Assembly: GCF_006345805.1 (NCBI RefSeq)
Contig: NC_043000.1
Coordinates: 15,872,001-15,936,000 of the forward strand
Origin: Octopus sinensis
Lineage: Eukaryota
Direction of reading: 5' to 3'
DNA: 64,000 nt
Both the position numbers and the translations under genes were made by a program. Positions within the stretch are counted from its first letter, which is position 1. Every line of letters begins with the position of its first letter. The notes under the pieces were generated by a model. The model was not told where the DNA came from and searched no databases. It worked only from the letters and a program-made list of their open reading frames with translations. Shown piece after piece: positions 49,901 to 63,084 of this stretch.

Positions 49901-52900
49901 CATCCTTTCGGGGTCGATAAATTAAGTACCAGTTACGCACTGGGGTCAATATAATCGACTTAATCCGTTTGTCTATCCTTGTTTGTCCTCTCTCTGTTTA
50001 GCCCCTTGTGGGTAGTAAAGAAACAGGTATTTCATCTGCCATTACATTCTGAGTTCAAATTCCGCCAAGGTCGACTTTGCCTTTCATCCTTTCGAGGTAG
50101 ATAAATTAAGTACCAGTTACGCACTGGGGTCGATGTAATCGACTTAATCCCTTTGTCTGTCCTTGTTTGTCCCCTCTGTTTTTAGCCCCTAGTGGGCAAT
50201 AAGGAAATAAGATACAAGGCCAATATCTTCAATAAGCAGATCAAAAAATTATCAGATTGGGCTAACCTGGTTTCTCATTGTTAAACCAAACCTTCTAAGT
50301 TGTATGAAGTCTTTAATCTATATCAGTGGCTCCCAGACTTTTTCCGTGCTGCTGTCCCCTTAACACCCTGGCTACATTCTTATTGCCCCACCACAAACAT
50401 AGACCATTTTTTGCATCAAATTCAAAACAACTGTATTTCACAAATAAAACATAACCTAATTAACCCATTTATTTTGTTATTTTTACATCCATTCCTTTTG
50501 ACCATCCCATTATTGGCATCCCCCTAGATATTTCCACTACTCCCAGAGGGGCAGTACTACCCACTTTGGGAACCATTGATCTATACCAAGCCTTCTAAGT
50601 TGAATGAAGTCTTTAACCCTTTAGTGTTCAGATTATTCTATCAAACATAATGCTTATTGATTCCCATTGATTTGAATTAATCATGCATTATCTCATATCT
50701 TCAAGATCTTGATGGTGTAATTACTTAATGTAGAATAACATTGTAGGGTAGGTGTGAGAGCCTGGATCTGGTCAGTTTGAACATAAAACAGATTAACTAT
50801 TTTGGTCAGATATGGCCGGTTTAAATACTAAAGGGTTAATCTGTACCAGTGCTTCTCAAACTTTTACTGGCTGCTGTCCCCTTAGCACCCTGGCTACATT
50901 CCTAGTGCCCCGCCACTGCTCACTACCACAAACACAGACCAGACCACTTTTTGGTGTTAATTACTCCATCCATCTGTTTTGTCAGACATTGCGCTGCACT
51001 TCTGTGTATCTATCATTGGAACTTTCAAAGCAGTAATGGTTTTTTTTTTTTCCTATTCTTTCCCTGTTAATTTATTCATAGTCAAGTTTTAGTATTTTAC
51101 TATTTACTGTTTTGTCATTACTTCAGATTTTGTCTGAATTTGAAGAAGATCTTATCAAGTTTGGAGATAAAGTTGAGCAAGAAATCTATGCAATACATCT
51201 GCAATGCGATCGACAACAACCTACATTAATATCTTATGATGCCTGGGGAAAACGCATCGATGTTATTGAAACCTCGTCAGCCTGGAAAGAGATGCATGCC
51301 ATTTCTGCCACGGAAGGATTCATTTCAATACCTTATGAAAGAAAATATAAGGAATACAGGTCTCTTTCAGATTTATATTTTCCTTAAATCTTTGTGGAAC
51401 ATTTTTTTTTAAGTTGCAAGATTTTTAACAATGTATACATCTAGTTTATATTATACTAGCAGTATCACCCGGCATTGCTCGGGTTTGTAAGGGAAATAAC
51501 TATAAAGCATTTTTAGAGAGTTATAGCCAAAAAATAGCAAAAAATACATTAAAAATGGAAAAAAAATTATGGTAAATTTTTTTTTAATCGTTGACTCATC
51601 GTAAACATTTTTAGAGAGTTACTTCCCTTTATTAAAAAATATGCATTAGAATGGAAAAAATGATGGTAAATTATTTTTAAAATCGTAGACTCATCGTAGA
51701 CGCGCGCTAATACCCAGAAGGGCTCGATATGAATCACGACTATAAGATACCCAGTTTTGGTTGAACTGCATCGCAAAATGTGGGAGTAGTTAGGAATCTA
51801 AATCAGAGTAGACAGACACACAACCTTTCTTTTATATATAAAGATATAATGAAATTATTGTATACAGTGCTCAGGTGCACAACAATTTGTCAAAAGTGCA
51901 CATAAAGCATATGCAGTAATGTACAAATGTCTGGAAAGTGAAGAGTGTATGAGTCAGATACATGCTTGCGTGTGTATGAAGGGGAGAAAATCAGGTGTAG
52001 TGTTGGCGAATCTCAGGAAGCATGGAAGTTTTGAAGGATGCAGTGCTCCGACAACTAGCATGCTGGCAGTTTGTTCCATGCTTCAGCAACTCTTACCGTG
52101 AAAAAATGTTTCCGAAAGTCATGGGAGCTGTGCTGTTTTCTGACTTTGTAAACATGTCCACAGGTGTTAGACAGGTGGAGTTTGAAAAGGTGCTCAGAGT
52201 TACTGTTCGTAAGATGGTTAATAATTTTATGGGTGTCTGCCAAGTCAGCTGCCAGACGTCGGAGTTTCAATATATCCATGCCCAGGGAAGTAAGGCGTTC
52301 AGAATATGGCAAATGCCTGATGGAGGGTATTCTCTTGGTTACACGTCGCTGAACGGCTTCCAGACGATTAATATCCTGGGCAAGATAGGAGTTCCAGACC
52401 GGTGATGCAAATTCCAGGTGAGGTCGCACCATAGCTATATAAAGCTGCAGATAGATAGCCACATGTAATTCATAATAATTGATTACTGTTTGAAGCAATA
52501 AATCAACTGATGAGAAGTTGAGTAGAAAGTTTCTGTAGCTGTTTTATTTATGGATTGGACAACAAAATGGCAGTCCAGCTGTGGTGTGATTGTTCTAGGT
52601 AATCTATTTCAGTATTAATTATATGTAGAATTCTTTTATTTGTTTCAGTCATTTGACTGTGGCCATGCCAGAGCACCGCCTTTAATCGAGCAACTCGACC
52701 CCGGGACTTATTCTTTTGTAAGCCCAGTACTTATTCTATCGGTCTCTCTTGCCAAACCGCTAAGTTACGGGGGTGTAAACACACCAGCATCGGTTGTCAA
52801 GCAATGCTAGGGGGACAAACACAGACACACAAACACACACATGCATATACATACATATATACGATGGGCTTCTTTCAGTTTCCATCTACCAAATCTACTC

Positions 52901-55900
52901 ACAAGGCTTTGGTCGGCCCGAGGCTATAGTAGAAGACACTTGCCCAAGGTGCCACGCAGTGGGACTGAACCCAGAACCATGTGGTTGGTAAACAAGCTAC
53001 TTACCACACAGCCACTCCTGCGCCTGTAGAATTCTTTTATTTGTTTCAGTCATTTGACTGTGGCCATGCTGGAGCATCGCTTTTAGTCGAGCAAATTGAC
53101 CCCAGGACTTATTCTTTGTAAGCCTAGTACTTATTCTATCGGTCTCTCTTGCCAAACCGCTAAGTTACGGGGACGTAAACGCACCAGCATCGGTTGTCAA
53201 GCGATGTTGGGGGGACATATACATACACACATACACACACACACACGTATATACGACAGGCTTCTTTCAGTTTCCATCTACCAAATCCACTCACAAGGCT
53301 TTAGTCGGCCCGAGGCTATAGTTGAAGACATTTGCCCAAGGTGCCATGCAGTGGGACTGAACCCGGAACCATGTGGTTGGTAAGCAAGCTACTTACCACA
53401 CAGCCACTCCTGCACCAAAAGTAAATGACAAATAGAGATGAAGAGCTGCCTTAAATGATTTTGAGATTTAGCTCCTCATTGTTTTACTTTCAGATCCTGT
53501 TACAATTAACTTTTCCAGACAGAGCCAATTAAATAAATATCAATGGTATACTGTAGTTCATTATAATCTTTTCTTTGTAATATTAACAATCATCATAAGG
53601 TAGTGAGCTGGGAGAATCGTTAGCATTTCAGGTAAAATGCTTAGTGGCATTTCATCCATCATTCAGAATTCAAATTCTACCAAGCTCAGCTTCGCTTTTG
53701 GGGGTCGATAAAATAAGTATCAGTTAAGCACTGGAGTCAATGTAATCAGCTTATCCCCACCCCCAAAGTGCTGGCCTTGTGCCAAAATTTGAAACCAATT
53801 TTAACATCCATCATCATCATCGTCATGGGTTGGAGAGTTTGACACTTTTTTTTTCTCTCTGACTATTTCAGTCGCTTATACCAAGTAGTTAAACTGATCC
53901 TCTTCTCATCAGCAAGTGGTTTGTACAGCTGTCCTTTAGCCATGACAGATGGAGCTGCTAAAATTACTGAGGTTAGCCATTTTCATTTCTATCTTTTTAA
54001 ACTTCTTTCATCCAACTGGGAAAAGAGATAAATTTTTGTTGGAAAATTTTCTGTGTTGGAAGAAAAACTCAAACCATTAATCAATGTATTGGGTTGTCCG
54101 GAAAGTTCGTGCTGATTTATAGTAGCTTACCTTTCGACTTATTTTAGAACATGGTTGAGTCCACAAAATAGGATTTGACTACACCTCCATTTAGAGCACA
54201 GTTTAAGCTATCTTTTCGTGGAAGAAGGTTTATGTTCCTATAACCTGTGTTAATTTTGTAACCCTTTAAAATGGAAGATAAGAAAGTTCATTTTCAGCAC
54301 TTGATGCTTTGGGAACCAGACAAAAATTGCTGCAGCTCGGATGGGATGTGTTACCCCACCCTCCATATTCACCAGATATTGCTCCTTCGGATTTCCAACT
54401 ATTCAGGTCTCTGCAGAATAGTCTTAATGGTAAAAATTTCAATTCCTTGGATGACATAAAAAGATACCTTGATGAATTCTTTGCCGTGAAACCACCTCAA
54501 TTCTGGGAAGAGGATATTTTCAAGTTAAAGGAAAGATGGGGACGCATTGTGCAACAAAATGGTTCATATTTGGTTGATTAATATTGTAATGGCATGTATT
54601 TATTGACCATTTTCTTTCCTTTAAAAATTGGCATGAACTTTCCGGACAACCCAATATTAAAGAAAATTTACCTTCATTTCACTATTGCTATGTTAATATT
54701 TTACTTCATTCTTTTTATTTTTCCAATACATTTCAACATTTACCTCTACAAACATGTATTTTGCTTGTTCTACATTTTGTCCATCACAACTACAATGACA
54801 TCAACTCCTCTAAGCAGGTTGGTCAGTGACTACCTCCACCTTGACCTACCCAATATACTTGTTTCACCTCTTCTCATCCTTCATACAGTCTCCCCTCCTC
54901 AGACTAGTTATTTCGCATAGCCCTTTCCCACTGAAACATAACTCATTTTAAATTTTCACCCATGTTTTTCATTGACTAGAATGTCTCCTCTGCCACATAA
55001 AAGCATACATAAAATTATCTGGTGCTGTTGTTTCATCAAACCATTTCTATGACCTGAACTGACAAATAGCAGCCTCAAAATGTTCTCCTTCAAAAGCTAT
55101 CTTCAAATTCCCTTTACTGAAACTCCATACTTCTGAAGATATGGTCACTCACCTGTGCCTATAAATGTGGAGCTGAGTCAGCCTTCTATCGAATACTTAC
55201 AACACTAATTTTGTGTATTGAGAACTGCTTTTTTTCATTTGTTGACCTTGTACAGTCACCGGAAGTAACTTGCACGGACACTGGAAATACATCTACCATC
55301 ACCAGAGAAAACAAAGCAACTACCCCCAGCGACTTGCCTGACCTTTCATTGGACAAAAGCTACCTACCTGCCATTCTATTGGACACTGGCTAAACATCAC
55401 TGTTGATATTTTTGTATAAATAGACATCATAAATCGCCGTAAAGACAGTTGGCTTTTTGGCACTCGACTGCCATGCTCGCCACTCACGCCGCCTTGAACT
55501 TTTGTACTGCTATTTCACACCTGAAGTAAATTGCTGTATAAACTTACACCTCTTGTCTGCTCGTCATTTCAACTACTGCTTTCGTCTGTCCAGTTTTGCT
55601 GATTACGACCACAGTCCTTTTCAGGGCTAATTCAAGTCTGATCTGAATGCGATAACCGTCCTTTTTAGGACTACTCTCAGATCCAATCTAATTACGATAA
55701 CAGTCCTTTTTAGGACTATTCTTGGATCGGATCTAATTGCGATAACCGTCCTTTTAAGGGCTACCCTCAGATCAGACCAGAAGTAGTAGCCAAGAATCCT
55801 ACCCGCTACAACCTATGTATTTATATATATATATCTTTATATATATATATATATATATATTCAGTGTTCATAATCGACAGAGTGTAAGTACCTTGAGAGA

Positions 55901-58900
55901 AAAGTTGAACCTAAGAAGCATCAGTTGTGGTGTGCAAGAGAGATGGCTGCGCTGGTATGGTCATGTGACGAGAATGGCTGAAGATAGTTGTGTGCAAAAG
56001 TGCTACACCCTAGCAGTTGAGGGAACCTGTGGAAGAGGTAGACCCAGGAAAACCTGGGACGAGGTGGTGAAGCACGACCTTCGAACTTTAGGTCTCACCA
56101 AGGAAATGACTAGAGACCGAGACCTATGGAAGTATGCTGTGCGTGAGAAGACCCGGCAAGACTAGTGAGGCCATAACCCGTGGCCCCTACTTGGGACGTA
56201 GTTAGTCCACCTGTGCATACCTTCCTTCTTGTGACACTTGTGTAGACCTGTTGAGGCAAGTGAAAATCAAACCAAATCAAATTAGATGAACATCAATGGA
56301 ATTTGTATCTTTGTGGTACCAGTGCCGGTGGCACATAAGAAAACCATCCGAACGTGGCCGTAGCCAGTACTGCATCGACTGGCCTCCATGCTGTGGGCAC
56401 GTAACAAACACCATCCGATCGTGGCCGTTCGCCAGCCTCGTCTGACACCTGTGTCGGTGGCACATAAAAAACACCATCCGAGCGTGGCCGTCTGCCAGCC
56501 TCGTCTGGCACCTGTGTCGGTGGCACATAAAAAAACACCATCCGAGCATGGCCGTTCGCCAGCCTCGTCTGGCACCTGTGTCGGTGGCACATAAAATCAC
56601 CCACTACACTCTCGGAGTGGTTGGCGTTAGGAAGGGCATACAGCTGTAGAAACACTGCCAGATCTGACTGGCCTGGTGCAGCCTTCGGGCTCCCCAGACC
56701 CCAGTTGAACCGTCCAACCCATGCTAGCATGGAAAGCGGACGTTAAATGATGATGATGATGATGATGATGATTATATATATATAGAGGGTGTGTAAGATA
56801 TTTGAGAACTGATTTATGTTTATAAAAAAAAAAAAACAGATATATAATAACAGATAACTTTATTTATCAAAAAATGCTATAAGGATAAAAATAAACCTTC
56901 TTTACTATAATGTTATTCAATAAAGCCACCTTCAGTTTCAACAACTGCTTCTGTATGAGATCTAAATCATCTACATGCTCAAATCAAGTGGTCCTGGTTC
57001 ATTTTGGATATTACTCTGACTGTGGCAGCTTTCAAAGAATCTTTGGTGGTGCTATGGATGTGTTCATTGACCTCTCTCCCAACAATGCTCCACATGTAAT
57101 AGTCCAAGGGATTGAGATCTGGGGAATTAGGAGGCCAAATGTTATGTGATCATGAAAATTTTCAGCCATCCATTCCTGTATTACTAGAGCCATGTGTGAT
57201 AGTGCAGAGTCTTACTGAAACACATATGGCCTTCTATTGCATACACTGTCTATCCAGGGCTTAGCAATTATTTCCAGGACCTCAATGTAGGTGACAGAGT
57301 TAACACTAAGGCCTTGTTGAAAGAAGTATGGAGGCATCACATGTCCTTTATTGTTGACAACCCCTAAAACCATGACAGCTGCAAGAAATTTTGTATGCAT
57401 TACACTTGGAACTTCAGAAGGGTCTGCACATAACCATCTGTCATTTCTTCTGTTAACTTTTTGAGAAAAACCAAATCAAATCTTCTGCTGGATTTTTCAA
57501 TTTGTTTAAAAGCTTTTTAAATCTGATGTAGTAATTTTCTTTTGCTTTTTCTGACAAATTGACCTTTCTCCATCATATAAGGCTTATTTATATCTGATGT
57601 CTTCATGGACATTTCTGACTACTCCTTCTGACACATGAAGGTAAGGGTTGACAACAGGAACAGCATCCAGCTGTAAAAATCTGCTGCAGCAAGTTCCATC
57701 TGACCCATGCAAACATAGAAAAATGGATGTTAAATTATGATGGTGATGATGGTGATGATGATGCATATGTGTGTATGTGTGTGTTGTTGTTGTTGTTAAG
57801 CAACAAGACGGGTAAGGGTGATTAGGTGATGGTCTAGGGCTTAGGGGTGGGAGACCCCAGACCTTGGAAAAAAAAAACTTTGGTCATCTTGTTGTGGTCA
57901 AGGGCGGGCTCTTCGTTGACACCCGACACCACTGGGAGGTGGCCCTCGAAGTCGCTGGAAATGGAGATCTCCAGGTCCAAATTCTTTAACGGCTGTGTGT
58001 GTGTACAGGGTGCAGGCTTGCTGTTGATTAATAATTTCACTTTGCAACCATACAATTTGAGGTTCAATCTCACGATGCGGTACTTTGAGCAAATGTCTCC
58101 TACTTTAACCGTGGCTTGATTTTCTGATGTCCAAGATGAACTACCATTGTCATTGATTTCACCAGAGTCTGTGAAGGTCAGAAACACATTCCCTACCTCC
58201 TGAATAAATTATTAAATAAATATAATCTGCTGCAAACCCATATATTCTATTGTATAAACACACTACCATATGAACTATTTTATCCCACTACTGTGAACTC
58301 ATATATTTCATTGATTATCCCACTACAACAAAATTTACATGATCCACTGGTTACCCTCACTACTAAGTCACCATGATCCACTGGTTACCCTCACTACTAA
58401 GTTACCATGACCCACTGGTTACCCTCACTACTAAGTTACCATGACCCACTGGTTACCCTCACTACTAAGTTACCATGACCCACTGGTTACCCTCACTACC
58501 AGTTTACCTCAGTTTGATGAATCCGTATATTTTGCTATTTACCCCTTTGACTTTGAACCAATATATTCCATTGATTGCCAGTGGTGTAGTATGGGTTTGG
58601 GGTTGGTTTGGGATGCCCTGTGCGGTAGACAAATTGACCACATTCTCTTCTTTAAAAGTAGCATACCTTCAACATCTTCATGTTTTCCCCCCTCCTTTAC
58701 CATGTTACTCCACTGCTGTTTACCTCACAGCCATGAACCAATACATCCCACTGTTTATCTTCACTACTATGAGATCCCTCTCGACTCATATAAGCTCATA
58801 GTGGAGGCACATGGCCTAGTGGTTAAAGCAGCAGACTCGCGGTTGAGGGATCGCGAGTTCAAATCTCAGACTGGGAGATGTGTGTGTTTATGAGCGAAAC

Positions 58901-60129
58901 ACCTAAGCTCCATGTGGCTCCGGCAGAAGGTAATGGCAAACTTCTGCTGACTCTTTTCACCACAACTTTCTCTGTCTTTCCTCCTGCATCTTGCAGCTCA
59001 CCTGCGATGGACCAGCATCCCGTCCAGGGAACCTATACTCCAAGGAAGCCGGGAAACCAGCCCTAATGAGCCAGGTGTGGCTCGAGAAGGAACAAACTTA
59101 CTTTCATATAGGCTCATAGGGCTGATTTCCTGCTTTCTGCGGCACATATATATATCCCCACCTCTACTGGATGAGACACGGGTTCATTGCAGAATTATTC
59201 ATTTTTGCTGGCTGAGTGGACTGGAGCAACATGAAATGAAGTGTTTTGTTCAAGAATACAACACATCACCCAGTTCAGGAATTGAAATCACAATCTTACA
59301 ATCATGAGTCCAACACCCTAACCACTAAGCCATGTGCCTCTTACTCACTACTACGAACTAAAATATCCCACTGCTTACCTCCTCAATTATGAACCAATAT
59401 ATTCTGCTGATTAATCGCCCTACTGTGAATCCATCATCCACAGTGTAATCCACTACCGTCAGCCAATTTTGCAAAGAAATATTTACAGGAATGATAAAAT
59501 CAGTGAAAGTGTTTATGTTTTATATAAGAGTTCATGTTGTGTGTTTTGAAATATTTTAGGAGCTCAAGTTGGACGAAGATTGGTTGAAGAAAGGAGTTTT
59601 TGGAAAGCTAACGAGTCGCGATCCATTGGAGTTCTGGACATCTGGTCAATGGATGACTGAACGCAGAGGTGGTTCAGATGTTGGTAAGTCTGATATTTCA
59701 TCATCATCATCATTGTTTAACTTCCAGTTTTTCATGCTTGCATGGGTCAGATGAAATTTATTGAAGCAGATTTTCTATGGCCAGATGCCCTTCTTTTCAC
59801 CAACCTTTCCCTGTTACTAAAGACAGTATTTCCACAAAAACTAGAAATGTTTTTCCAAAGAAGACTGGAAATGAACAACATTGCGTGTATGATGATTATA
59901 CCTGTTTATATATATTTCTTTATTGCCCACAAGGGGCTACTAAAAATTTCCTCATGCTGAAATGCGATAACAGGGATTGAACCAGGGACTTTAGCTCTTC
60001 AGTCTAATGCTCTCCCAACTGAGCTATTTCGGCTGACCATACCTGTTTATATAATCATTGCATGATGTCAAGAAAAGGATTGGCACAAACACATACATAC
60101 ATACATGATACATACATACATACATACAT

Positions 60130-60162
<33 letters not shown>

Positions 60163-60199
60163 TATTACAAATACATATACAGACACACATTATACATAC

Positions 60200-60234
<35 letters not shown>

Positions 60235-63084
60235 CATTACATATACATATACTCACACATACATACACACACATACATTATACATACATATATATCTATA
60301 TACATACTCAAACACACACACATATAAATGTTTGTGAGTGTATAATGGGCTTCCACACAGTTTCCATCTACTAAATCCACTCGCAAGGCTTTGGTTGGCT
60401 TAGAGCTATAGTAGAAGACAGCATGCCCAAGGTAGCATGCAATGAGATTGAACCTGAGCCTACATGGTTGGGAAGCAAGCTTCTAATCCACACAGCCCTG
60501 CCTGCATCCATGAGTGTTGTTGTGGTCATCATCACACCTACTTATCAACATCTTAAGACACTTGCATAAAACAGTGAAGCATTAGCATAAAACAGCAGGA
60601 AATCCAGTCTGGGGTCAAATATGTCTCAACAGCTCAGTTTCTGTTTTTTGTGTTGAGATGGCTGAATGCACTAATTACTTACAGGTCCTGAGTTTAAAAT
60701 GTCTTCAGATTGTTCATTGTATTTCTGGGCAGAGCACTTTATTCCGCATTACTTCAATACACTTTGCTTTCAGGTGTAGGTATGAACCTATCTAGGAATA
60801 TTATATGGCTGTGTGGTAAGTAGCTTGCTTATCGACCACATGGTTCCGGGTTCAGTCCCACTGTGTGGCACCTTGGGCAAGTGTCTTCTACTATAGCCTT
60901 AGGCCGACCAAAGCCTTGTGAGTGGATTTGGTGGACGGAAACTGAAAGAAGCCCATCGTATATATGTATATATATATGTGTGTGTGTGTGTATGTTTGTG
61001 TGTCTGTGTTTGTCCCCCCAACATCGCTTGACAACTGATGCTGGTGTGCTTTCGTCGCCGTAACTTAGCGGTTCAGCAAAAGAGACCGATAGAATAAGTA
61101 CTATGCTTACACAGAATAAGTCCTGGGGTCGATTTGCTCGACTAAAGGCGGTGCTCCAGCATGGCCACAGTCAAATGACTGAAACAAGTAAAAGAGTAGA
61201 TTAGCACAAATTATCTTTCATCTGCTTAACAGAGATAAACTGGAGCTAAACACTGGTCCTTAAATGAACCCTAGGGTCTTGGAGGCATTACATTTTTATG
61301 GATTTTTATGCATATATATGTATAAGGAATGGGTGTTATGGAATTCAGATTCTTCTTACATCAATATCCTCCATTCCTTATATACACATTCAATCCCAGA
61401 GCTTACCAACAGCCTTCCTTTCCCATCAGATCAAATATTTTGTGTAATATATATATATTTATTTTCTGCTCTAGCTGCTTCTACTGAAACCATTGCCAAG
61501 AAAGACAAAGATGGTTTTTATAGATTATATGGCAATAAATGGTTTACTTCAGCCACTGATGCCAACATGGCATTCACACTTGCCAGAGTTGTTCAAGAAA
61601 ATGGACAAACTATTAGTGTAAGTTGTAAAACTGTTTTTATTTGAAGCAATAGAATACGGTTCTTTCCCTTAAAGTATATATTTATATGGATAGGAAAGAC
61701 AATTCTAATTCATTTATTGATATCTACTTTCAGTGTAGTGGTTTGGTTACCACTACACTCTATTATTACTAGTATTACTAGGTATTGTAATACTTGGTAT
61801 TAATTAGTAGTATCATCACACAACAGATGGAAAATCCACAGTCTCATTCATACGTTTTGTAACCAAATTTTAGCATGAAGTGAAAACTAGTGACTTAAAA
61901 TGTAATTGAAGGTTTTCTCTTGTCTGTTACTATACCAATACCAACAGGAGGAACTTGTGTCGATAGTTGTGATAGTGGCATGTCAAACTAAATGCAGCAG
62001 AATGTTTTTTATGCTTTGGGACTTATTATTTGTATTGCAGTGGGTTGAGCTGGCTCTGACCAACAAGTTCACCTCTTCCCTCTGGTGAGGTGTAAAGTTC
62101 ATATTCAGAGCTTCAGTGAGAGTACAAGTTCACATTTAGTCCCCAGACATATGCATAGATTTTTTAGGATAGTGTGAACGTAAAAAGCACCATTTGAGCG
62201 TAATCGATGCCAAAGCTGCCTGACTGGCTTCCATGCCGGTGTATGTAAAAAGCACCATTCGAGCATGGTTGTTGCTAGTTCCGTCTGACTGGCTTTCATG
62301 CCGGTGGCATGTAGAAAGCACCATTTGAGTGTGATCGATGCCAGTACCACCTGACTGGCCCTCGTGCTAGTGGCACGTAAAAAGTGCCCTCTTCACTCTC
62401 AAAGTGGTTGGCATTAGGAAGGGCATCCAGCTGTAGAAATCTGACCATGTCAGGTCAGATTGGAGCCTGGTACAGCCTTCTGGCTTGCCAGTCCTCAGTC
62501 AAACCATCCAACCCATGCCAGCATGGAAAGCGGATGCTAAACAACAATAATGATGGTGATGATCCATAGCAGCTTGCCTTGCTGGCAATTGCAGACCATC
62601 ACAGAGGATTCATTGACCTAGTCACTGTTGATTATCAGAGCAGATGAAGGCTAGCTTGGAAATGGGTTCTAGAGACATGCTTTAACAAAAGTTAAAGGAT
62701 GCAATATTCAAATTTTGATTAAGTCAACTTTTCTTCTCATTCTTTGCTTTTCATGCTTCTGGCATTGATTAAAAAAACTACCTTAATTTTTAAGTCCACA
62801 TCAATAAGAATAATTCTTATTATAAGAATCAATAGTTCTCGTAATATGACATTCTCTCCTCCATAACATTGATCTGTTGAAAAACTCTAAAGTGTCTTTA
62901 TTCTCAATTTATCATCAGAATTTCTTTATTTCAGGGTAAAAATGGCCTGGCAATGTTTTATGTAGCAGTAAGAGATGAAGACGGACAATTAAACAACATT
63001 GAAATAGTAAACTTGAAAAATAAATTGGGAACCAGACAAATGCCAACTGCAGAATTACAGTTAAATGGAACAAAAGCATTTAAG
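46736..63084 (+). CDS. AidB-like acyl-CoA dehydrogenase (ACDH-11/ACAD11-like of invertebrates); first 6 exons, 3' end outside window
   Basis: Exons join in frame to 334 codons with NQYLKDPLL, YDAWGKRID, SCPLAMTDGAA, SGQWMTERRGGSDV, LYGNKWFTSA and LKNKLGTRQMPTAEL motifs. Confidence 0.94.
48600..48885 (+). mobile_element. R4/Dong-type non-LTR element, restriction-like endonuclease fragment
   Basis: HNRLDIVLWD...VIEVSCPADVN...QEKENIYGEL...VPIIIGA, with stops. Confidence 0.65.
50323..50578. mobile_element. hAT-type MITE
   Basis: CAGTGGCTCCCA / TGGGAACCATTG ends; near-identical 8-bp flanks ATCTATAT/ATCTATAC. Confidence 0.6.
50612..50839. mobile_element. TTAA-flanked (piggyBac-like) MITE; an interrupted copy spans ~205-1471
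   Basis: TTAA|CCCTTTAGT...ACTAAAGGG|TTAA. Confidence 0.7.
51127..51359 (+). CDS. Acyl-CoA dehydrogenase exon 2
   Basis: AG/GT bounded, 233 nt, YDAWGKRIDVIETSSAWKEM. Confidence 0.93.
51456..51844 (-). mobile_element. Non-autonomous Helitron
   Basis: A|TC...CCCGAGCAATGCCGGG hairpin...CTAG|T. Confidence 0.72.
51847..52465 (-). mobile_element. CR1-clade LINE 3' fragment (also ~100-205, 12253-12715, 13432-13801, 30598-31095 on -, 31100-31850 on +)
   Basis: VRPHLEFASPVWN...LEAVQRRVTKRIP...LPYSERL...RRLAADL. Confidence 0.85.
53872..53971 (+). CDS. Acyl-CoA dehydrogenase exon 3
   Basis: AG/GT bounded, 100 nt, RLYQVVKLILFSSASGLYSCPLAMTDGAAKITE. Confidence 0.94.
54089..54654 (+). mobile_element. 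Internally deleted mariner element (same family and deletion)
   Basis: TTGGGTTGTCCGGAAAGTTC / GAACTTTCCGGACAACCCAA, TA TSD; HPPYSPDIAPSDF. Confidence 0.88.
55249..55810 (+). mobile_element. Solo LTR (probably Gypsy-type)
   Basis: TGTA...TACA ends, 4-bp TSD ACCT on both sides, TATAAA, four ~45-bp internal repeats. Confidence 0.8.
55861..56770 (+). mobile_element. RTE LINE 3' fragment
   Basis: LRWYGHVTRM...RGRPRKTW; 3' UTR nearly identical to 25215-25692. Confidence 0.88.
56785..57590 (-). mobile_element. Second DD37D-type transposon relic
   Basis: TKFLAAVMVLGVVNNKGHVMPPYFF...RPYVFQ is homologous to 2560-2760. Confidence 0.7.
58338..58508. repeat. 34-bp minisatellite x5
   Basis: CATGACCCACTGGTTACCCTCACTACTAAGTTAC, contiguous, no spacers. 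Confidence 0.9.
59560..59683 (+). CDS. Acyl-CoA dehydrogenase exon 4
   Basis: AG/GT bounded, 124 nt, FAD-binding motif WTSGQWMTERRGGSDV. Confidence 0.95.
59955..60033 (-). pseudogene. tRNA-Phe(GAA) pseudogene / degenerate tRNA
   Basis: GCCGAAATAGCTCAGTTGGGAGAGCATTAGACTGAAGAGCTAAAGTCCCTGGTTCAATCCC matches the eukaryotic tRNA-Phe consensus; the 3' T-stem/acceptor strand is disrupted (TGTTATCGCATTTCAGCA). Confidence 0.8.
61475..61617 (+). CDS. Acyl-CoA dehydrogenase exon 5
   Basis: AG/GT bounded, 143 nt, YRLYGNKWFTSATDANMAFTLAR. Confidence 0.95.
62935..63084 (+). CDS. Acyl-CoA dehydrogenase exon 6
   Basis: AG/GT bounded, 150 nt, LKNKLGTRQMPTAELQLNG. Confidence 0.95.

Noticed and set aside
52507-52540. 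CTGATGA...GAAA as another hammerhead
   Set aside because: No convincing stem I, II or III pairing.
58338-58508. 34-bp repeats as a CRISPR array
   Set aside because: Units are contiguous with no unique spacers; eukaryotic intron; no cas genes.
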